This document shows positions 38,151-54,142 of a stretch of 64,000 nucleotides of DNA, one piece after another; the first letter of the stretch is position 1, and each line of letters begins with the position of its first letter. Location: positions 93,620,001 to 93,684,000 of the forward strand of contig OX597821.1 in NCBI GenBank assembly GCA_951406725.2. The letters are read 5' to 3'. The notes beneath the pieces are model-generated. The model saw only the letters and a program-made list of their open reading frames with translations. It made no database searches and was not told the origin of the DNA. The position numbers and the translations under genes were made by a program. Source of the DNA: Octopus vulgaris. Its lineage: Eukaryota.

Positions 38151-38949
38151 ACTAAAACATGATATGGGAATACTATGGTGTTGTATAAGACTGGAGACAT
38201 CAAGATACTGATGGGAAGGGTCTGAAGGATTGAAGTTATGAGTAACAAGCTTTTCTGAGTCATTGCTTCTTCATCAAACATCAAAAAATTTCCCTGAAGC
38301 AATCAACCAGCCTATGACCAAGTTTACCTTTCTACAATACGCTACATAGTTAGCAATTTATAAAGTAGGATATTTTTGGAGGTACAGATGAAGGAGTCTA
38401 TTAAAGGTGAACCAAGGCTATGTGAGTGCTGATGTTGTGGATAAAGGGATGGGTGTTTCAATGGAAGAGGAATCAGGACAAGGATCTGAATTGGGTTTGG
38501 AGAGTAGAAAGAAACTGTAGACCAAAAGGTTGTAGGTTGATTTGAAGGCTGGAAGTGAGCATTCAAGAAAGATGTAGGATGTATCAGTGTTTGATTAGAG
38601 GGGATGGAAGTTGTGCCGGAGTGATCAGGTAACAGGATGGAAAGTGATGAGAAAGTGGAGCAGGTAGAAGTGAGTCAGATACAGAGCAGAAAGGCAAAAG
38701 AGCAGTGAATAGTGAAGATGTGACAGTGTGAGCAGTTCCAGATACAGAGATGACACAGATGGAGGAATGATAAAAAGGAGACAGGTGATTTGGTGGGATA
38801 AGGTGAAATCAGGATAGGAGAAGGAGTAAGTCAGTTTATAATAGGAAGAGCTGAAAAGGTAAGTCGTCAATGTAGACACAAATGTCTAAGAAGTTGACAG
38901 AGGTTTGGGAAAGGGTAGATATGAATTCTAAAGTAGGATAGAAGTTAAC

Positions 38950-39095
38950 AAAGAAAATTAATGACCAACATAGTTTCTCGTTCTCTCATTCTAAATGATC
39001 CTAAAATCCATCCTGCTAACAATTTACTCATAGTTACCAACTTCGTGATATGAGCAAGAAATGATATTTCATTACTTATATTGATTGTCACTGAT
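38950..39095 (-). mobile_element. CR1-like RT fragment
   Basis: ISNEISFLAHITK..LAGWILGSFRMRERETML. Confidence 0.65.
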
Positions 39096-39386
39096 TGTGA
39101 ATCTAGAGTCACAATCCTTCTGACTTTGTGTATCTTGATTGCAGTGTACGTGTGGGCTGATAGCAGCGAGCAGGAAATTATCCAGCATGAAAATTGCATA
39201 TTTTCATCAGCCCCCTTGTGTGCTGCATTAAGGTCTTTCTCAGCTAGCTTCCTAAAAGAGATTGATTAGTTCTACTCCTTAAGTGGTGCAATTAGAGCTG
39301 GAGGTGGTTCTAAAAAAAGTGTAGCAGCCTGTGCATGAATAAAGTGGAAGTATGTAAAGATTTGTAATCTATATAAGGTGGTGAGT

Positions 39387-39790
39387 TCTTTTACTCTTTT
39401 ACTTGTTTCAGTCATTCGACTGTGGCCATGCTGGAGCACTGCCTTTTTAGTCGAGCAAATCGACCCCAGGACTTATTCTTTGTAAGCCCAGTACTTATTC
39501 TATCGGTCTCTTTTGCCGAACAGCTAAGTTATGGGGACATAAACACACCAGGATCAGTTGTCAAGCAATGCTGGAGGGACAAACACAGACACACAAACAT
39601 ATACCCAGACACATAAATATATACGTATATACAACGGGCTTCTTTCAGTTCCCGTCTACCAAATCCACTCACAAGACTTTGGTCAGCCCAAGGCTATAGT
39701 AGAAGACACTTGCCCAAGATACCACGCAGTGGGACTGAACCCGGAACCACGTAGTTGGTAAGCAAGCTACTTACCACACAGCCACTCCTG
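39387..39790 (-). mobile_element. SINE family B (abuts a diverged SINE C at ~39790-39995 plus)
   Basis: Matches the family B consensus. Confidence 0.9.
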
Positions 39791-40369
39791 AGCTGGTAAA
39801 ATTATTAACACATCAGGCAAAATATTTAGTGGTATTTCATCTGCCTTTACATTCTGAGTTCAAATTGCACAACGGTTGGCTTAGCCTTTCATCATTTCAG
39901 GGTCAATAAAATAAGTACCAGTTGACCACTTGGGTTGATGTCATCGACTATCCCACTCTCTAAAGTTTTCGGCCTTATACTTATAATAAAAAGGATTTGT
40001 ATTCTATATTTTACAAAGCTTTCTCTCTTCATACGAAAAAAAAATCAGAGTATGAGATGTGAATGAACAAGATGCTGTGAACCATGAGCAACATAACTCA
40101 AGATATAAATACTGCAGTTAGATATAGAATAAAAAAGATGAAGCATAAGATAGTATAGGCATTAGGTCATGTGTATTGATGGAGTAGCGGCATTTGTATG
40201 AACAATTTAACAGAATAAGTTAAAACATTCTAGAGGCCAAAGTGTTGACGGTGAAAGATATTCGAAATACAAAAAGATCAATGGAAATATCAGATGTGTT
40301 AATAATAGTGGGCCTCGCAGACAAGGCTGATGGTTCAATTTCATTTGGTGCAGTCAGGCTCAGTTTGCC

Positions 40370-41005
40370 CAGTTTGGCCTGGTTTAGTCTGGTCCGATCT
40401 GGTCTGGTCTGATCTGGTCTGGTCTGATCTGGTCTGGTCTGGTCTGGTTTGGTTTGGTTTGGTCTAGTCTACACTAGTCTGGTCTGGTTCAGTTTGGTGT
40501 GTTCTTGTCTGGCCTGCTCTGGTCTGGCCTGCTCTGATCTGGCCTGCTCTGGTCTGGCCTGCTCTGGTCTGGCCTGCTCTGGTCTGGCCTGCTCTGGTCT
40601 GGCCTGCTCTGGTCTGGCCTGCTCTGGTCTGGCCTTCTCTGGTCTGGCCTGCTCTGGTCTGGCCTGCCCTGGTCTGGCCTGCTCTGGTCTGGCCTGCTCT
40701 GATCTGGCCTGCTCTGGTCTGGCCTGCTCTGGTCTGGCCTGCTCTGGTCTGGCCTGCTCTGGTCTGGCCTTCTCTGGTCTGGCCTGCTCTGGTCTGGCCT
40801 GCTCTGGTCTGGTCTGGTTTAATCTGTTCTGGTCTGATCTGATCAGTCTGATCAGTTTTGGTCTAGTCTAATCTAGTCTCGTCTGGTTTGGTCTGGTTTG
40901 ACTTAGTTTGGTTCAGTTTGCTTTCAAGTCTTTTAGTTCAGTTCAGTTTGGCTTTGCCAATTCAGTTTAGTTTACTTTGGGTGAGTTTTGTTTGATTCAG
41001 TTTGG
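40370..41005. repeat. GGTCT pentamer tract with a central 15-bp GGTCTGGCCTGCTCT minisatellite (~20 units)
   Basis: Direct reading; 15-mer block ~40508-40810. Confidence 0.95.
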
Positions 41006-41379
41006 TAGATAGATGCTAAAAAAAAACAGCCAGTAATAAAATAAACTCTAAAATCTGAGCAGACAGGATATCTGTGCAAGACACCAACACCGCCATTATT
41101 ATGCCATTGCAATAATATTTTCCAGAGAAAAGGATGTGGTCATGTAAGATTCTGCTTCTTTGTCTACATCTTTAAGTAGATGAAAATTTTTTGTACTGAG
41201 TTCATCCATGAATAAAACTTTACGAACCTAATTTCACATGAAAAATATAAATTGAAAGAATGAGATTGAATGAATGATTCTGTGAGGGAGAGAAAAACAG
41301 ATGAGGTAAGTTTAGAGAGCGAGTGACACTATGTTGGTGATGATCATTTAGACCAAGAACACTTTATCATATTCAGGCT

Positions 41380-42075
41380 TCATCATCATCATCATCACTA
41401 TCATCATCATCATCATCATCGTCAACATCATCATCATCATAATGATCAATTGCCAGCATCATCACCATTGTCATCATCATCATCATCATCATCACCACCA
41501 TCGTTATCATTACCATCACCACCATCATTGTCATTACCATCATTATCATCATCATCAACATTGCCATCATCGTCATCATCATCACCAGTATCATCACTAT
41601 CACCATCATCCCGGTCAACACAAACATCATCATCATCATCAACACAAGCAACATCATCAACATTATCACCATCATCATCACCACCACCACCACCATCATC
41701 GTCCTCATCATAATCGTCATATCACCATCATCAGCATCATCATAATCATCACTGCCAGCATTATCATCATCATCATCATCATCATCGTCATCATCATCAT
41801 TGTTATCACCATCCTCATCATCGTCATCCTTGTCATTACCATCATCATCTCCATCATCATCGCCAGCATTATTATCGTCATCAACACTGGCAGCAGCGTC
41901 ATCATTGTCGTCATCACCAACATCACCACCATCATCATCATCATCATCATCATCGTCATTATCGCTATCATCCTGATTAACACGACCATCATTATCATCA
42001 TTATCATCACTGCCAGCATCATCTGCAACATCCGCCTCCTCTATATCATCATCATTATTATCATCATCATCATCT
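41380..42075. repeat. Degenerate (CAT)n tract
   Basis: Direct reading. Confidence 0.95.
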
Positions 42076-42299
42076 AAATATGGAGAAGTTAGTGTTGCTA
42101 TTGATATTTGATTAAAATCGCTAAATTTTGAACTCTTGAAAACAAAACAGAAACTAGGTTACACCAAAAAAGTACTGGCAATCCATATAACGCCAACAAT
42201 TTCTTTTATTGTTTGTTTTTTTCATTTTCTATTGGCTTTTTTTGTTATTTGTTCTTAACCATATTGATTTGTCAATTGGCAAACAAATACACACACAAA

Positions 42300-42380
<81 letters not shown>

Positions 42381-42490
42381 TATATGTATATATATATATA
42401 TAAGTACATATATATATGTGTGTGTATTTATATATATATACATATATACATATATATACATGCACACATACATATATATATATGTATGTG

Positions 42491-42525
<35 letters not shown>

Positions 42526-42896
42526 ATACATATAGCATGTGGCATTAAAAGTAGTCACTTTAAATGATTTCTATTTACCAAAGCTGTCCTTTCTGTCACA
42601 CATACATCATGTATACACATAGATATATATACTACACGTATATACACCACACACTTTCAAACATACACACACACACACACACACACACTGAAACAAAGTA
42701 TATAGTTCAAAGATTACAGTTTTGAAGAATAGTAAACAAATCAAATTCATCAGAAAAGAGCCAAAGAACCTAACCTGCAATAGAATATTCCATGGGAAGA
42801 AGGAAAGGGAACGAATGGGTGGGTAGCTGATATTTAAGCAAGCTACCACTACCACCACCATCACCATTATCATCATCATCGTCGACATCGTCATTG

Positions 42897-42935
<39 letters not shown>

Positions 42936-43225
42936 CCAAAATAGCATTACATGAAAGCTGTTTCTTATAAAGGCATAAAGCCTTGAGATTTTCAGAAAAG
43001 TATGCAATGCTGTAACATTCTTCTACTTATAATATAATAAATGATTTATCTGTATGTACGTCTGTATATCTGTATCTATGCATGTATGAGTATATTTATT
43101 TATATGTGTGTGTACGTGTGTGTGTGTGTGTGTGTGTGTGTGATATATACATATATATAGATATACTTATTTATACATATATATATATTTATATATATGT
43201 ATATATATATATATATGAATATATG

Positions 43226-43256
<31 letters not shown>

Positions 43257-44358
43257 ATACATATGTACACACTCACGCATACACATATAAATATGCACTC
43301 ACACACACACACACACACATTCATGTCAATATGTAATATATTGAAAGAGAGAGAGAGAGAGAGATGGAGCAACAAAGTATTCTGGAACAAAAGCAAAAAC
43401 ACTTTTAGAAGACAGGATAGTGTTCACATACACACACACACACACACACACACATACATACACACACATACACACCTACACATGCAGACACACATACATG
43501 CACACACACATACACACATGCACACAGACACATGCACAGACACACAGGACACACACATACACATACATACACACACACACACACATACACTCGCATATAC
43601 ACAGACACACACATATGCACAGACACACATACACACAGACACAGACACATGCATACACACACACACACACACACATACACACAGACACACACATAAACAT
43701 ACATATCCACACACATGCCTACATTTACACACACACACACATGCTCATACACACACACATGCACACACACATACACACACACACACACACAGATTTACAC
43801 ACACACACACACCGACACACACATACACTCGCATACACACAGACACACAAACATATGCACATATACACAGACACACACACACATACACACAGACACACAC
43901 ATACGCAGCCACACAAACACATACACACAGACACACACATAAACATACATACCCACACACATGCCTACATTTACACACACACATACATGCAACTGCAAAC
44001 ATCAACACACCATGCAAACGTGTACAATGAAAGCAGGCACATAGATACAGAAGAATACAATTCTTATTTCCAAAACTAGCAACTTATGTGTTATTACTTA
44101 TGTATAGGATACTTTTCTTACTTTCATAGTCTGTCTTGTACTTTAAAGCACAGATATGCAGTGCAAGACACACACACACACAAACATACATCATACACAC
44201 ATACATACTTATATACATACACACATCATCATCATCATCATCGTTAAATATATACATATATGAATGCATACATATATATATATATATATATATATAAGTG
44301 TGTATATGTATTTATATATATATATATATACAAAAACATATATATATATATGTAAATG

Positions 44359-44427
<69 letters not shown>

Positions 44428-44459
44428 ATATGTATATATATATATATATAAAACATATA

Positions 44460-44512
<53 letters not shown>

Positions 44513-44673
44513 CACATATATATATATATACATATACATATATATACATATATATATATACATATGCATGTGTGTATATGTATTTATGTAAGCACACATA
44601 TAAATACACACACCAATATCGATATACATATATAGGTACACATACACACACTGACACACACATTTTCACATGC

Positions 44674-44727
<54 letters not shown>

Positions 44728-44953
44728 CCATCCGTCTATAAGATGTTTATTTACCTCTGCCAACTAAGGTGACGCTGGTGGGGATGAATGCAACATGATG
44801 TTTACATAAATAAGATTACCCCCACCTCTTCTTGCCTATTTTGTTATTTATCAAGATTTTGATAATCCTTTATTAGCTACTTATATTGATTTTTATGGAC
44901 ATTCCTGAGACTTTTAGAATAGTAATACCTACCTACTTACTTACCTACCTACC

Positions 44954-45001
<48 letters not shown>

Positions 45002-45078
45002 GCATATATATATATATATATAATGCATATATATAAATATATATATATATAAATATATCTATATATCTATATATATAT

Positions 45079-45145
<67 letters not shown>

Positions 45146-45188
45146 TGAAAACATCTTTTTGTCATACATACTCATGTTTGTATGAATG

Positions 45189-45222
<34 letters not shown>

Positions 45223-45235
45223 TATGTACACACAC
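42300..45235. repeat. Cluster of TA/CA/TG/CAT microsatellite tracts with short unique spacers
   Basis: Direct reading. Confidence 0.9.
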
Positions 45236-47540
45236 TTGAAGGAAATAAAAATGGTTGGTAAGTCATTATTTAAAGATATTTAGGGTTGTCTCATGGCTAG
45301 AAATTCTCTTATAATGGTTTTTAACCATTTTAAATACAAATATAAATGCTTTAGCTCTGCTTGGAGCACACTGAAACCAATTTATTTTACGTTTTGCTCT
45401 TTTGTTAATGGTTTTGTTTTTGTCTTTGTTTTTTTTTTTTTTTGTTGCTGCTTCTGCTTCTGCTGCTGCTACTGCCAGTGGTGGTGTCTTGAAGGTGGTG
45501 CGTAAGAGAGATAAAATTGCAATGAATAGAATCAACAGATATAGTAAGGTCTTATATACATGACATAATGAGTCAAAAAACTTTGACCAACTGAGATTAT
45601 CCATGCAAATAGTAAACAAAAACTCCCCTTAGGGTGTTTAAAATCTAAACTCAAATGATAAAGGAAAATCTCCAATCAGATCAATTGGTTGAAACTTATC
45701 TTGATATAAATTTGAATGATGTTTCTCTGTCCGTTACATTTATATGTTCGTTAACTCCTCCTAGACCGTTGTCACAAGGACTACGGAACTCAAACTAGCA
45801 ACTCCCCTAATCCCAGGGAATGTCTTAAGGGGATCTATTTTTTTAAGGACTGCCTAATTGGGGCCTCACTGACCCCACTATTTTTACAATATTTTAAACT
45901 AAATACATGGCATTGGTGACCAAATTGGGGCAATGGCAATGAATTTCATACCATGAACTCCCAGAGACTATCCTAAGGAGGTTCAATTTCTGACAAGCTG
46001 CTTAAATGGGACCTCATTGTCCCCCACTATTTTTACGGCATTTACCTTGTTCCTACACCTATTGATTAAACTCTGATCAGCACCAGAGCTTAACACATTT
46101 GCAGAAATAAGTTTGGACATTTTAAATACCTTCATGTACATTCAAATCAAGATAAAGAGTTGTAACAGGTACATTTCAAGTGTGGTAGCGTGGATATTTA
46201 TATTTCATAGTTTATGAAACTTATGTCTAGGTGGAAAACTAATCTTCCTGTTCTGGTTACATATTGGTACTTGGGACTTCAGCCCCAGAATTCTACAGTG
46301 TTTTTTCAACCTGAATACCCTACAAAACTCCCAAAAGCTCTCCTCAGGAGCTAGCTTGAATGTTGACTTAAGGGCGACTTCAAAGCTAGAAACTTAGCTG
46401 TAAGTCTTATAGGAAACTGTAAGTCAAACTAGAAACTAGCTGTATGTCTATCAGCAAAGCCAGCAGAAAGCAGTCTAAGGGTTGGTACGCCAACACACTG
46501 TTACAGAGATGGAATTCATATTACGTGTCGAATGAACAACAAGTTGATGGGACATAGAGTTTAGGTATGGGTGCAAGTGAAGCATAAGTATTGAGTGTAT
46601 GGGTATGGGTGTGTGGTTATATGCCAGGTAAGGAGTTTGGAATGGGGTATCGGATAATTAATACCAGAGATACATATACAATGAATGTGTCCGAGTCCTT
46701 TACGTCACACAAGGGTAGAGGGCCATGAAGCAGCCTGAATGCTTCCTGAAGGGTGGCTTCAAGGTTAGTGTATATAAAACAGGCAATACAGATTAGTGTG
46801 GATCTGGGCTTTAAAACCAACTGGTGGAATCAATGGACTTGTTTCAGTCTTATTTGACCTCTTCAGGGAAGCATGTTCTACAGAAATTTACATTTAAGAA
46901 TAAAGGGAATTTATAAATAGAAATAGAGGGACGATAATTATGTTGATTATAATTATCCACAATATTAGTAGTAATTGCAGTCTCTCCATCCAAAAAACAC
47001 TGTTCTGTGATTTCTGACTGAACAATCTGCATAGATAATATTTTTACAGTGATTAAATGTTCATGCTGTCACGTAAAAAGCATATTAGCTCATTCCATCC
47101 ATCAAATCAACATTGCCTGTCTAGGTGCATGGTATGCCACACATCAGATTTCAAAGTGATTACATGGGATGAAGTGTTTTGCTCAAGAACACAACACACT
47201 GCCCAGTCGAGGGTTCAAATCTATGATCTTGCAATCACGAGTACAATCCCTAGCCATGTGCCCTTACAATTTATCAATGATGTAGCTGAGGGAAATACTT
47301 CAGGGAAGTCATCATCATCATCATCATTTTAACGTCCGTTTTCCCATGCTTGGATGGGTCAGAGTTTATTGAGACAGGTTTTGTATGGCCAGATGCCCTT
47401 CCTGCCACCAACCCTTACATGTTTATGAGCAAGGTAATATTTCCCCATGGCCAGACAAGCATTCACAGAATACTGGAAATGAATGGCATTCATTTACAAC
47501 AATCACATGATATCAAGACACAAACATACACACAAACACA

Positions 47541-47588
<48 letters not shown>

Positions 47589-47615
47589 CACATACACAAA
47601 CACACAACCATGCAC

Positions 47616-47652
<37 letters not shown>

Positions 47653-47988
47653 TAAATGACCCCAGGCAACTCTGGCATTGTTGCAGAAGAGGACAAAACC
47701 AAGCTGCTTCATTTACCTAATGAGACTTCATCTCCTGCTTTCAGAGATGGATGGATGACAGCAGCACTCTCAGTACACGAGATAAAAAATAATAACTGAG
47801 TAATTTCATTAAATAACAGTAAGGTTCCTACCTATAAAATTACTTGCTTTAAGAAAATGCAAAATGATTAACTTATCAAAAACAAAAAGAATCAAGAAAA
47901 ATACCAAACACAATTTTTACTGTTGTGAAACAGTGATGGCCAAACAAATGCATGCTATGATGGCAATTATCTTCCAGAAAAAAAAACA

Positions 47989-49399
<1,411 letters not shown>

Positions 49400-49400
<1 letters not shown>

Positions 49401-49795
49401 TGACTGCTTAATCTTTGCACATGATTGCCGTCTCTCTGTGTACCCCCATCAACCATCATCAGCTCCAAACATCCATCCATGACCCCTTAGGTGACTTTTA
49501 AGTCCAGCATTAGATTTGCACAATCTGTAGCAAACATGACAGACAAAAGATGTGCCCTCTATTGGATTTATTGGGTCAACTTGTGGGATGTCATCCTTAT
49601 GTACCCTCATATGCCTTTTTAAGACCAGGTATTGATTTTCAGATCTTTTTGCACGCTGCACATGTTGTCTCACCGAACATTCGAGGGATAGAGTGGCATA
49701 CAGTTGGCTTTTTATGTGATTTTAAATAAGTGATGTACCCAGATTTAGAGAGTAGTAAACGACCACACACATCACAAATCCAGCTCACTAAGTTC
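49400..49795 (-). pseudogene. Decayed ORF end with three C2H2-like fingers, probably an RTE/BovB-type LINE 3' end
   Basis: WICDVCGRLLLSKSGYITYLKSH ... TCAACKKI*KSIPGL(frameshift)KRHMRVH ... FVCHVCYRLCKSNAGLKSHLRGH. Confidence 0.7.
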
Positions 49796-49799
49796 TTAT

Positions 49800-49870
49800 C
49801 AGGGACGTGCCACCTGAGTAGGCAAGATAGGCAGTGCCTACCCTAAATGAAATAGATTGATAGTAATATT
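49800..49870 (+). mobile_element. 5' fragment of the hAT MITE at 30250
   Basis: CAGGGACGTGCCACCTGAGTAGGCAAG.TAGGCAGTGCCTACCC matches 30250-30320. Confidence 0.85.
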
Positions 49871-50089
49871 AATTTATAACAATTAGTGTAAAATTTAATA
49901 TTTTGTATGACTATTAGTGTTAAATTTAATTTATGCATGATCATTTGTATAAAATTTAATTGACGCCAAAACAGACAATGTTCTTGGTCACATTAGATCC
50001 TGTCAAGACATCAAATTCATGCCAACATAGAACATAAACGTTAAATGATGATGATGATGATTATGATTATGATAATGATGATGCACAAC

Positions 50090-53000
50090 TATCAGTGAAA
50101 AATTTAATGACTACATGATTATCAGTGTAAAATTTAATGGATGCATGACCATCAGTATAAGATATCAAAATATATGACTGTCAAGGTAAAATGTAATTGA
50201 TGCATGACTGTCAATATAAAATATAATCAATCCTCAACCATCAGTGTAAAATTTGATTAATGCATGACCATCAGTATAAAATATAATCGATGCATGACCA
50301 TCAATGTAAAATTTAATTGATGCTTTACCATCAGTATAAAATATAATCAATGCATGATTATAAAATATAATTGATGCATGACCATCAGTATAAAATATAA
50401 TTGATTCATGACCATCAGTCTGAATAAAATGAATGCATGATTATAAAATACAATTGATGCATGACCATTAGTATAAAATATAATCAATGCATGATTACGA
50501 AATATAATCGATGCATGACCATCAATGTAAAATATAATTGATGCTTGACCATCAGTATAAAATATAATCAATGCATGATTATAAAATATAATTGATGCAT
50601 GACCAATAGTTTAAAATATAATTGATGCATGCCCATCAGTATAAAATATAATCAATGCATGATTATAAAATATAATTAATGCTTGACCAATAGTTTAAAA
50701 TATAATTGATGCATGACCATCAGTATAAAATATAATCAATGCATGATTATAAAATATAATTGATGCATGACCATCAGTATAAAATATAATTGATTCATGA
50801 CCATCAGTCTGAAATATAATCAATGCATGATTATAAAATACAATTGATGCATGACCATTAGTATAAAATATAATCAATGCATGATTACGAAATATAATCG
50901 ATGCATGACCATCAATGTAAAATATAATTGATGCTTGACCATCAGTATAAAATATAATCAATGCATGATTATAAAATATAATTGATGCATGACCAATAGT
51001 TTAAAATATAATTGATTCATGACCATCAGTATAAAATATAATCAATGCATGATTATAAAATATAATTAATGCTTGACCAATAGTTTAAAATATAATTGAT
51101 GCATGACCATCAGTATAAAATATAATCAATGCATGATTATAAAATATAATTGATGCATGACCATCAGTATAAAATATAATTGATTCATGACCATCAGTCT
51201 GAAATATAATCAATGCATGATTATAAAATACAATTGATGCATGACCATTAGTATAAAATATAATCAATGCATGATTACGAAATATAATCGATGCATGACC
51301 ATCAATGTAAAATATAATTGATGCTTGACCATCAGTATAAAATATAATCAATGCATGATTATAAAATATAATTGATGCATGACCAATAGTTTAAAATATA
51401 ATTGATGCATGACTATCAGTATAAAATATAATCAATGCATGATTATAGAATATAATTGATGCATGACCATCAGTATAAAATATAATCAATGCATGATTAT
51501 AAAATATAATTGATGCATGACCAATAGTTTAAAATATAATTCATGCATGACCAACAGTATAAAATATAATCAATGCATGATTATAAAATCTAATTGATGC
51601 ATGACCATCAGTATAAAATATAATCAATGCATGATTATAAAATATAATTGATGCATGACCAATAGTTTAAAATATAATTGATGCTTGACCAATAGTTTAA
51701 AATATAATTCATGCATGACCATCAGTATAAAATATAATCAATGCATGATTATAAAATATAATTGATGCATGACCAATAGTTTAAAATATAATTCATGCAT
51801 GACCATCAGTATTAAATATATTCAATGCATGATTATAAAATCTAATTGATGCATGACCATCAGTATAAAATATAATCAATGCATGATTATAAAATATAAT
51901 TGATGCATGACCAATAGTTTAAAATATAATTGATGCTTGACCAATAGTTTAAAATATAATTCATGCATGACCATTAGTATAAAATATAATCAATGCATGA
52001 TTATAAAATATAATTGATGCATGACCATCAGTGGAAAATATAATCAATACATGATTATAAAATATAATTGATGCATGACCAATAGTTTAAAATATAATTC
52101 ATGCATGACCATCAGTATAAAATATAATTGATGCATGACCATCAGTATAAAATACAATCAATGCATGATTATAAAATATAATTAATGCTTGACCAATAGT
52201 TTAAAATATAATTGATGCATGACCATCAGTATAAAATATAATCAATGCATGATTATAAAATATAATTAATGCTTGACCAATAGTTTAAAATATAATTGAT
52301 GCATGACCATCAGTATAAAATATAATCAATGCATGATTATAAAATATAATTGATGCATGACCAATAGTTTAAAATATAATTCATGCATGACCATCAGTAT
52401 AAAATATAATTGATGCATGACCATCAGTATAAAATACAATCAATGCATGATTATAAAATATAATTAATGCTTGACCAATAGTTTAAAATATAATTGATGC
52501 ATGACCATCAGTATAAAATATAATCAATGCATGATTATAAAATATAATTAATGCTTGACCAATAGTTTAAAATATAATTGATGCATGACCATCAGTAAAA
52601 AATACAATCAATGCATGATTATAAAATATAATTAATGCTTGACCAATAGTTTAAAATATAATTGATGCATGACCATCAGTATAAAATATAATCAATGCAT
52701 GATTATAAAATATAATTGATGCATGACCAATAGTTTAAAATATAATTCATGCATGACCATCAGTATAAAATATAATCAATGCATGATTATAAAATATAAT
52801 TGATGCATGACCAATAGTTTAAAATATAATTGATGCATGACCATCAGTATAAAATATAATGAATGCATGATTATAAAATATAATTGATGCATGACCAATA
52901 GTTTAAAATATAATTGATGCATGACCATCAGTATAAAATATAATCAATGCATGATTATAAAATATAATTGATGCATGACCAATAGTTTAAAATATAATTC

Positions 53001-53520
53001 ATGCATGACCATCAGTATAAAATATAATCAATGCATGATTATAAAATATAATTGATGCACGACCAATAGTTTAATATATAATTGATGCATGACCATCAGT
53101 ATAAAATATAATCAATGCATGATTATAAAATATAATTGATGCATGACCAATAGTTTAAAATATAATTGATGCATGACCATCAGTATAAAATATAATGAAT
53201 GCATGATTATAAAATATAATTGATGCATGACCAATAGTTTAAAATATAATTGATGCATGACCATCAGTATAAAATATAATCAATGCATGATTATAAAATA
53301 TAATTAATGCTTGACCAATAGTTTAAAATATAATTGATGCATGACCATCAGTATAAAATATAATCAATGCATGATTATAAAATATAATTGATGCACAACC
53401 AATAGTTTAAAATATAATTGATGCATGACCATCAGTATAAAATATAATCAATGCATGATTATAAAATATAATTGATGTACAACCAATAGTTTAAAATATA
53501 GCCAATACATGACAATTGAT
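50090..53520. repeat. Satellite array of 24- and 30-bp related monomers with 84-bp and 390-bp higher-order repeats
   Basis: Units GATGCATGACCATCAGTATAAAATATAATC, AATGCATGATTATAAAATATAATT and GATGCATGACCAATAGTTTAAAATATAATT; matching ORFs start at 50571, 50961 and 51351 (390-bp period). Confidence 0.97.
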
Positions 53521-53757
53521 ATAAGATTTCATAACTACCTGACCGTTAGCATGGAAATGTAATTAATACCCACCTGTTTGTATAAATTTTCTATCAGTGT
53601 ATTGCAGACATTTTGAGTACATTTGTTTGCTTCTGATTAGTGGGTTATTTAATGTTGCATTTACAAAATATTTAATGGCTTCAGTTTTGTTTCTATTTTC
53701 TGGAACAACAATATTGTTTTCTACAAGATTTCTATCTAATTTTTGTCTTTGTTACAG

Positions 53758-53870
53758 ATTTAGAAAGGCATTGCTTGAGTTGTGCTCATGTATTTAGGAA
53801 TGGCATCAGTGTCATAGACTTCCAATTCCCTTTTCCATTAGAGAACTATGGCTTCATGCTTCCAAAATAA
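53758..53870 (+). CDS. Weak candidate exon after a strong 3' splice site
   Basis: CTAAT branch point, TTTTGTCTTTGTTACAG acceptor; frames give FRKALLELCSCI* or LERHCLSCAHVFRNG..LPK*. Confidence 0.22.
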
Positions 53871-53894
53871 ATTATCATTGCAGATATTATTACT

Positions 53895-54142
<248 letters not shown>

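Noticed and set aside
40449-40871. 140-aa (SGLAC)n ORF
   Set aside because: Translation of a 15-bp minisatellite derived from the flanking pentamers; no splice or homology support.
41373-44772. His-, Thr/His-, Tyr/Ile- and Cys/Val-rich ORFs
   Set aside because: Microsatellite translations with no coding signal.
50090-53520. CRISPR-like array or repeat-protein ORFs (IIFYTDGHAS repeats)
   Set aside because: No unique spacers, no cas genes and eukaryotic context. The ORFs arise only because monomer lengths are multiples of 3, and they are broken by stops.
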